Shown here piece after piece: positions 57,799-64,000 of a DNA stretch of 64,000 bases (its first letter is position 1; every line of letters begins with the position of its first letter). Source of the DNA: a virus. The notes beneath the pieces are model-generated. The model had not been told where the DNA came from and searched no databases. It saw nothing but the letters and a program-made list of their open reading frames with translations. The position numbers were made by a program, and so were the translations under genes. The stretch is taken from IMG/VR virus record IMGVR_UViG_3300043411_002995, positions 47,706 to 111,705 of that record. The stretch is one strand, 5' to 3'.

Positions 57799-58085
57799 CG
57801 GCGGTCCTTGTACGCCCGGTTGAACTTCTCGCGGTCGATCGGCTCGCGGGTCGTGGCAGGCGCGCCGAGCTGCCCCGGAACGACGGCGATCGGCGAGGCG
57901 GCGGTCAGCGGCAGGCGCGTGCCGGCGAGCGCCGGGTTGAGCAGGATGGACGGCGGGGTCACGCCCGGGGACATCATCCCGTGGGGGATCTCGCTGGTGT
58001 TGATCTCGCCGTCCTCCGCCCGCTTGTACAGGCAGCCCATCGCCCCGACCTTCACCAGCTCATCGACGAAGCTGAGCAAGTTCAT
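57795..58085 (-). CDS. small protein with SFVDELVKVG tag
   Basis: MNLLSFVDELVKVGA...YKRA; 4-nt overlaps on both sides. Confidence 0.7.
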   Translation of the reverse strand: MNLLSFVDELVKVGAMGCLYKRAEDGEINTSEIPHGMMSPGVTPPSILLNPALAGTRLPLTAASPIAVVPGQLGAPATTREPIDREKFNRAYKDRR

Positions 58086-60136
58086 ACGAGGCTCCGGGCC
58101 AGGGTGATGTCCCGGGCGATGAACCGGGCGATGCGCGGCGACAGCGGCTTCTCGGTGGGATCGGGGATCTCGTCGTCGGGGATGCGGACGACGCCCTGGG
58201 CATCCGGGTTCGTGAAGATGACCGAGCCGTCGTGGTTGTGGATCTCCCCGCGGAGCGTCTGGATCGTCCCCATGTCCACGCGGGTCGCGCCGTTGTCGTA
58301 GAGGAGGTCGATCAGGTCGGAGAGCTCGAGGGCGTTTCCCTCGTCGATGTCGTCGATGAACGCCTTCAGCAGGTCGGTCATCTCGTCGACGGTGATGGCC
58401 GTCGTCGACGTCGACGTCGGGATGTCGTAGGTGATGGCGGTGGTCCCGTCGACGTAGACGGGGATGAAGTGACGGGCGAGCAGGGAGGCGGTCTCGCTCT
58501 GGTTGTTCCGGTCGTCCATGAAGGCCTGGATCGCCTGGATCGCGGACGCGTACTTGTAGTTCACGCGGAGCGATGCGCCGACCTGGGTGTCGGCCAGCTC
58601 GATGTAGTTGTCCTCGCGCTCGGAGTGCCGCAGCGTGGACTCGGTGACGATCAGCTGGAAGTCCGGGGACGAGCCGACACCGTAGCCGCCCGCGCCGTAG
58701 CCGCCCGCGCCGTAGCCGCCGACGCCGCTCAGCACGTCGCCGGTGGGGTCGCCCGAGAGCGGGTCGAGCACCTCGATGGAGGCGATGTACATCAGCGGCA
58801 CGTCGGTGATCGTGAAGTCGGTGCGGTCCACCGCCCGCGCCTCCTTGATCACGTCGATGGCGACGGGGTTGTACTCGTAGGAGACCGTCAGGTTGTCGTC
58901 CATCTGGAAGTCGACGCCCGTCTCGGCCGCGATCGGGAAGGAGCCGTAGATCTCGACGGTGTCGTCGTCGATCTTCCGCTTGATGGTGTAGGTGCCGGCG
59001 ACGGAGGCCGGGGTGTCGATCGTCAGGATCATCCCCGCCCGGGCCGAGACGAAGTCGCCGGTGGACTCGAAGATCTTCAGCCCCGTCACGTCAGCGCCGG
59101 TACCGTCGACGTGCACGATGCCCGAGCCGATCGGCCGGGAGATCAGGTTGTCGACGATCTCGTAGTCGATGGTGACGGCGTAGGTGACGGCGCCGTCGAT
59201 GCTCCGGACGACGGGCGCGACCTCCGAATCGTCGACCGGGTGCCCGAGGTCGTACCCCACGCCCTGGTCGAGCAGCACCACCGTGGTGGTCGTCGCGCGG
59301 CGGCGCGACGTGTCGACCTCGAGGCCGAAGAAGTCCGCGGCCCCGTCCGAGAGGGTGGCGGTCTTGATGTACACGTCGACGTTGCCGCCGATGTGCACGT
59401 TGTAGACGATGTCCCGCATCATCTCCGGCTGGCCGAAGCCGATGGGCTCGATCTCGACGATCGTCGTGAAGTTCTCGGTGAGCGTGACGATGATGCCACG
59501 GCCGGTGACGAGCGCCCGCACCGTGACGGCGACCTTGATGCGGTCGATCAGCTCGGTGTTGGTCTCGCGGTTTCGGCCCTGGTCGATGCCGAAGAGGTTG
59601 GTCGTGTTGGCGACGCCGGCGGGCTCCGACTCCATCGTCGTGATGGAGCCCTTGTCGGCGTTGAAGTCCTCGCCCTCCTCGAGCGCGATGATCGGGATGT
59701 CGAGGTAGTAGAGGGTGCCCTCCTGGTTCAGCGCCATCTCGGCGCTGGTCACGGAGACGGCCTCGGAGTTCGAGTAGCGCTGGCCCGTGGCGCCCCGGAA
59801 GATCAACACGCCCTTCTGCGCACCGAAGTCCTGGGGGCGGAAGAAGCGGATGCGCTGCACGTCCGAGCCGATGGCGCCCGGGATGCGTTCGACGAAGACG
59901 TTCGACGCCAGGCCGTCGACGATGTCCTCGGGGAACGCGTCGGGGTCGTCCGACTCGAGGATCGTGAGGATCGACTGGCTCGCCTGGACGACGGTCAGCT
60001 CGTCGATGATCGGCTGCAGGATGATGGCCTGCGGGTCGATCATCAGGCTCGTGGTGGGAACGCCCGAGCCGACGTCGAAGCTCGGATCGTACTCGAGCAG
60101 GCGCTGGATGATGAAGTCGCGGACGGGAAGGGCCAT
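58082..60136 (-). CDS. baseplate J-like wedge protein
   Basis: IIALEEGEDFN...GSI, GRNRETNTELIDRI, GGNVDVYI. Confidence 0.8.
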   Translation of the reverse strand: MALPVRDFIIQRLLEYDPSFDVGSGVPTTSLMIDPQAIILQPIIDELTVVQASQSILTILESDDPDAFPEDIVDGLASNVFVERIPGAIGSDVQRIRFFRPQDFGAQKGVLIFRGATGQRYSNSEAVSVTSAEMALNQEGTLYYLDIPIIALEEGEDFNADKGSITTMESEPAGVANTTNLFGIDQGRNRETNTELIDRIKVAVTVRALVTGRGIIVTLTENFTTIVEIEPIGFGQPEMMRDIVYNVHIGGNVDVYIKTATLSDGAADFFGLEVDTSRRRATTTTVVLLDQGVGYDLGHPVDDSEVAPVVRSIDGAVTYAVTIDYEIVDNLISRPIGSGIVHVDGTGADVTGLKIFESTGDFVSARAGMILTIDTPASVAGTYTIKRKIDDDTVEIYGSFPIAAETGVDFQMDDNLTVSYEYNPVAIDVIKEARAVDRTDFTITDVPLMYIASIEVLDPLSGDPTGDVLSGVGGYGAGGYGAGGYGVGSSPDFQLIVTESTLRHSEREDNYIELADTQVGASLRVNYKYASAIQAIQAFMDDRNNQSETASLLARHFIPVYVDGTTAITYDIPTSTSTTAITVDEMTDLLKAFIDDIDEGNALELSDLIDLLYDNGATRVDMGTIQTLRGEIHNHDGSVIFTNPDAQGVVRIPDDEIPDPTEKPLSPRIARFIARDITLARSLV
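58681..58720. repeat. 15-nt tandem repeat encoding GGYGA
   Basis: cgtagccgcccgcgc repeated about 2.7 times. Confidence 0.85.
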
Positions 60137-60561
60137 CAGGTCACCACCACGGCTTGCTGCTGCTGCTGTTCCTCGTTGACCACCGCGACCACCAACTCGA
60201 CCTCGGTCGAGGTGTCGTCGGGGACGATGTCCACCAGCTGGAGGTTGCGCAGGCGCTCGGACGGCGGACGCTTGGTCCGCACCTGCTCCTGCTTGATCTG
60301 CTGCTCGACGCGACTCACGATCAGCCGCATGTCGGTCATCAGCTCCGACGGGTCGGAGGGATCGATGTTGCTGCCCAGGAGGGCACGCAGGCCGCCGGCG
60401 CGGCCGGGCGACACGATGGACCGGCCGCCGTTCTCCATGAAGAGCAGCGCGACGATCTGGACCAGCAGATCGATCCCCGAGACGAACCTGGGAGGACGGG
60501 GAAGCCCGAGTCGCAGGCGACCCGTCTCAGCGTCGCGGATGAGGATCTGGAGATCCGGCAT
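60136..60561 (-). CDS. gp25-like baseplate wedge/sheath initiator
   Basis: VSGIDLLVQIV..L....G...PGRAGGL, PPSERL; upstream of J-like gene; extended -10 TGATAGCGT upstream. Confidence 0.7.
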   Translation of the reverse strand: MPDLQILIRDAETGRLRLGLPRPPRFVSGIDLLVQIVALLFMENGGRSIVSPGRAGGLRALLGSNIDPSDPSELMTDMRLIVSRVEQQIKQEQVRTKRPPSERLRNLQLVDIVPDDTSTEVELVVAVVNEEQQQQQAVVVT

Positions 60562-60585
60562 AACCCACGGGAAACGCTATCACAA

Positions 60586-62574
60586 TCAGTCGCAGAGCAC
60601 GACGCCGGCGTTGGGATGGTCCGAGAACTCCTCGAGCCCGGCGGCCAAGCGGCCACCGGCGCCTACCGCCAGGTGATCGATGTTCGCCGCGAACCCGTTC
60701 AGCGCCTGCAGCTGATCGAAGGTCTGCTCCACGGCCTCGCCGGCGGCGAGGAGGATAGTCTTGAGCTCGCTGACGATGCTCTCGACGGTCTTCGCGTTCT
60801 TCTGGATCGACGCGACCTTGCCCTTCAACTTCTTCAGGGTGCGGGTCCGCCCCTGGTCGGCGCCGTCGGCGGCCGCGATGTCCATGTTCGAGCGCTGGGC
60901 GATGAGGCCATCCCGGATCTTCCCGATCTGCTGGCGCGTCTGGGCATCGTCGGTGCCCTTGATGCCGTGCCCCAGGCACTTGATCGCGATGCCGAGGTAA
61001 GACAGGTCCTCGAGGTCAGCGCTCAGGAACTCCTCGAACCCGCCCGTCGTGAGCAGGTCGACGCCGCGGTCCAGGCCGAGTCGACGCAGCGACTCCTGCA
61101 GATCCTCGAGCTTCGCGGAGGTCTTCAGGTCGATCGCCGCGAACGACTCGCAGAGCGCCTTCTGGCGCTTGGCCACGGTGATGGAGCGCTGGATCCGGCT
61201 GGTCTGGGCGGTCGCCGTCGTGACGGCTTCGAGGTGGAACGTGGCGAGGCGGTTCTCGGTCGTCCGGCCGTTCTCGAGGTCCTTCACGATCCGCCGGGCG
61301 CCCTTGGTGAGCGCCAAGACGCGGTCACGCAGCAGGAGCGGGTTCTCGATGCCCGCGGTCGTCTCGTCGTTCTCGATCGCCGTCAGGCCGGTCAGGAGCG
61401 CCTGGAAGGCCTGCTCGAGCTGGTAGGCCTTGTCCGGCCCCTCCACAGAGCCTTCCTGCAGGGTGAGCAGCCTCACCCGGTCCATGGTGGCCAGGATGGT
61501 CTTGACCCGCGCGGACCAGAGGAGCATCTCGCCGGACGCGGCCGACAGCGCCTGGCGACTCCGGGCTAGGTCGATCCGCTCGGCGAGGTTCGCGAGCCGG
61601 GTCTGGATCTCACGGATGGCGCGCGAGCGCTGCTCCGCGACCTTGCTGGCCTGCCCCGACCGCCGGTAGCTGCCGATCACCTCGCCCAGCTTGCCGACGT
61701 AGTAGTTGATCACCTGGACCTGGGTGACAACGGCCGAGATCTCCACCTCGATGAGCTGGATGAGCGACGGGATGACCAGGGTCACGAGCTTGCGGTTGCC
61801 GCGGGTCACGTTGGCGGTCGTGACGCTCCCGTAGAGCAGGATGTCGGTGGCGTCGAGCAAGGACGTGCCGTCCTTGTCGGGCGTGAGCAGGGAGCTGGCG
61901 TCGGTCAGCTGCTGGCGCGCGCGCTCGAACGCCTGGAAGTCGAAGTGCACTTCGCCCGCCTTGACCCGCTGGCTGAGGACCAGGTTCGCCTTGACCTGCG
62001 CCAGCAACGCCGCCACCGCGTCGAGGTCCTCGAAGGTCTCGTCCTTGTAGGTGGTGACGCTCTTCGCCAGGACGAGCACGGCGTTGACCAACTGCACGAT
62101 GTGCTTCCGCAGGCACTCCAGGTTCTTGGTCTTCAGGTCGTCGAGCTCGATGATGACCTCGCACATCTTCTGGCCGGCCGCGTAGGGCATGTCGGACAGC
62201 AGGGCAAGCATGGAGCTGCCGTTCGCGACCACGACGCTCGAGAGGTTGCGGGTCGCGTGGACCCGCTTCGTGACGCTGGGGTACTCCGCCGCCATCGCAC
62301 CCAGGATGTCGCTGGCCTCGCGCCGCACGAGCTGGGCCCCGATGCCGACCGCCGCAGATCCCAGGTTGCTGTAGATGTCCCCCTCGGACAGCGCGGCCAC
62401 GTCGGCGATCAGCGAGTCGACGTTCAGGTCGCCGAGGGCCGCCAGTGGGTCCGTGAACCCCTGGACCGCCGTCGCGATCTCGTCGGTCAACGCGGCGAGC
62501 TCCTTCGCCACGAACTGCGGGAAGACCGTGGAGAGGCAGCCGGCGGCCAGCTTGACGTCGTCGATGCTCGCCAT
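60586..62574 (-). CDS. large all-helical protein of unknown function
   Basis: 662 aa, GC3 bias, coiled-coil character. Confidence 0.7.
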   Translation of the reverse strand: MASIDDVKLAAGCLSTVFPQFVAKELAALTDEIATAVQGFTDPLAALGDLNVDSLIADVAALSEGDIYSNLGSAAVGIGAQLVRREASDILGAMAAEYPSVTKRVHATRNLSSVVVANGSSMLALLSDMPYAAGQKMCEVIIELDDLKTKNLECLRKHIVQLVNAVLVLAKSVTTYKDETFEDLDAVAALLAQVKANLVLSQRVKAGEVHFDFQAFERARQQLTDASSLLTPDKDGTSLLDATDILLYGSVTTANVTRGNRKLVTLVIPSLIQLIEVEISAVVTQVQVINYYVGKLGEVIGSYRRSGQASKVAEQRSRAIREIQTRLANLAERIDLARSRQALSAASGEMLLWSARVKTILATMDRVRLLTLQEGSVEGPDKAYQLEQAFQALLTGLTAIENDETTAGIENPLLLRDRVLALTKGARRIVKDLENGRTTENRLATFHLEAVTTATAQTSRIQRSITVAKRQKALCESFAAIDLKTSAKLEDLQESLRRLGLDRGVDLLTTGGFEEFLSADLEDLSYLGIAIKCLGHGIKGTDDAQTRQQIGKIRDGLIAQRSNMDIAAADGADQGRTRTLKKLKGKVASIQKNAKTVESIVSELKTILLAAGEAVEQTFDQLQALNGFAANIDHLAVGAGGRLAAGLEEFSDHPNAGVVLCD

Positions 62575-62577
62575 GGG

Positions 62578-63426
62578 CTACCAGAACCTGTCGACCTTCT
62601 TCTTGATCTGACTCTTCAGGGAGCGGATCTTCTGCGGCGACAGGTTGAGCTGCTGGGCGAGCGCCAGGTCGTCCTCGATGACCGGCTTGCCGAAGCCCTC
62701 GAAGGTGTGCTCGAGCACGAGCTGCTGTTCGGGGTTCAAGGACCCGTGGAGGAAGACGATCTGGCGCCGGAGCTTGCTGTCCGCATCCACCTCAACCGCG
62801 CCGCCAGCCATCTCGGTGGTGAGATCCTGGCGCAGCTCCTTCCGCAGCGTGCCCACGACCTTCGGCGTGATCCTGTTGTTCTTGAGGTTCGCGGTGTCCT
62901 GCGCCGAGAGGAGCATGTCGTCGGCGAGCTCGGTGTCGGTGGGCACGCGCCCGAGCTTCTCCTTGAGCTCGTTCTCGCGCTGCTGCAGGAGGCCGATCAG
63001 GCCGGCACGCTCTTCGGGGATGCGGCCGACGTTCGTGTAGCGCTGCAGGTACCGACCGGTGCGGCCGACGCCGTTGTAGACGTGCGAGCTGAACTTGGTC
63101 CCGAAGGAGGGGTCGAAGGTCTTGAGCGCCTCCACGTAGCCGCGCAGCAGGCTGCCCTTCACCGCGCTCTTGGGCACCTGCGCCGAGCTGATGTACCGAT
63201 TGCCGGCGGCGTTGATCAGCGGCTGGTGCTTGTTGTACAGCCACTCGAAGTCCTCGGGGTTCGGCGTCTCCTGCCAGCGCTTGATGACCTCGGCCTCGCC
63301 GGCGTAGAGGTCGTTCGGGTCCAGCCCCTGCTCGAGCGCCTCCTTGACGAGCCACGCCGCGAGCTCAGCGTCGACATCGAAGTCGGCGCTCGGGTCGGTG
63401 TGCTCTTGCTCATCCAGTGAAGCCAC
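62578..63426 (-). CDS. phage sigma70-family RNA polymerase sigma factor
   Basis: GTG 63426 with GAGGA; region 2 (YVEALKTFDPSFGTKFSSHV), region 3 (RIPE...LKEKLGRVPTDTELA), region 4-like (LNPEQQLVL...LAQQLNLSPQKIR). Confidence 0.85.
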   Translation of the reverse strand: MASLDEQEHTDPSADFDVDAELAAWLVKEALEQGLDPNDLYAGEAEVIKRWQETPNPEDFEWLYNKHQPLINAAGNRYISSAQVPKSAVKGSLLRGYVEALKTFDPSFGTKFSSHVYNGVGRTGRYLQRYTNVGRIPEERAGLIGLLQQRENELKEKLGRVPTDTELADDMLLSAQDTANLKNNRITPKVVGTLRKELRQDLTTEMAGGAVEVDADSKLRRQIVFLHGSLNPEQQLVLEHTFEGFGKPVIEDDLALAQQLNLSPQKIRSLKSQIKKKVDRFW

Positions 63427-64000
63427 GGGTCCTCGCCAGCTCTTCGCGGTAAGCGTCGATGATCGCCCGGCGCAGGTCAACGACCTGCTTCTCCGACAGC
63501 GGCTGGGGCAGCGCGTGGCGCTCCTCCTGCTCCAGGCCATCGCCGGTTGGCGCCTGCACCTTGGTCGGCATCGAGGTGGTCTTGCGCGCGCGGGCGTCGT
63601 GGCGCCCCTTCTTCTTGCGCGCGTCCTCGTCCTTCTTCCGGGCCTCGATGTCGTCCTTGCGCTTCTGCGCCGACGCCGCACGCTCCTCGGCCGTCTTCGG
63701 TCGGACGATGTTCCCCTTGGGGTCCTCGAGGAAGTAGTCCGACGCCTCCGCGTTCTCCTCGATCTTCCCCCCCGTGGGGGCGAAGCCGGCGTCGCGCAGC
63801 GACTGCTGCCAGAGCCGGAACTCGAAGTCGAACATCAGGGGGCGGCCGTCGTACCGCGCCCGATCGGACAGCGCCCGTTCGGCCCCGCTCTTGATCAGCG
63901 CGTCGCGGGTCTTCTTGTCCGTCGCCTCCTTCCCCGTGTGGATCTTCGTGTCGAAGACCGGGAAGGCTCCGGCCATCCGATCCGGGGGAGGCGCAGCACC
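63410..64000 (-). CDS. C-terminal part of a hypothetical protein
   Basis: Frame open to the window edge; charged composition. Confidence 0.6.
   Translation of the reverse strand, partial: GAAPPPDRMAGAFPVFDTKIHTGKEATDKKTRDALIKSGAERALSDRARYDGRPLMFDFEFRLWQQSLRDAGFAPTGGKIEENAEASDYFLEDPKGNIVRPKTAEERAASAQKRKDDIEARKKDEDARKKKGRHDARARKTTSMPTKVQAPTGDGLEQEERHALPQPLSEKQVVDLRRAIIDAYREELARTRGFTG

Noticed and set aside
2161-58107. Very long plus-strand and alternative-frame ORFs (e.g. 2161-5388, 24673-27714, 48327-52280, 55474-58107, and 32497-36054 on minus)
   Set aside because: Shadows of GC3-biased real genes; Arg/Gly/Pro-rich or antisense composition, no motifs
1007-60561. Extracellular contractile injection system or tailocin
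   Set aside because: Terminase, portal, capsid and prohead protease are present, so this is a DNA-packaging phage
1-64000. CRISPR array, tRNA/rRNA, integrase or transposase, stop-codon recoding
   Set aside because: No spaced direct repeats, RNA-gene signatures or recombinase motifs seen by eye; genes tile tightly under the standard code using all three stops

Overview
The window is very GC-rich (roughly 70% by eye) and reads as the virion-morphogenesis region of a large contractile-tailed (myo-type) phage, not a bacterial chromosome. Almost all real genes are on the minus strand: tail tube, sheath, neck proteins, major capsid, prohead protease, terminase, portal, baseplate, tail fibres and lysis-type membrane proteins. 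Embedded among them are a 2,095-aa single-chain beta/beta' RNA polymerase with no cysteines, a sigma70-family factor and three HExxH zinc peptidases. Many small basic proteins share an N-terminal F-x-D-E-L-x-K-x-[AG] tag. Short plus-strand islands (including ssb) interrupt the structural operons. Each island is headed by GGCATAAG-N6(7,8)-GAA and closed by TYTYTTASCC, usually after a hairpin. Structural genes instead carry host-type TTGACN-N17/18-TANNNT or extended -10 promoters, several leaderless. Inferred overall system: a head-packaged, protease-matured, injected transcription machine (RNAP plus sigma) with its own promoter and terminator code, and a shared capsid-targeting tag for cargo proteins. 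All assignments come from motif recognition by eye; no searches were run.
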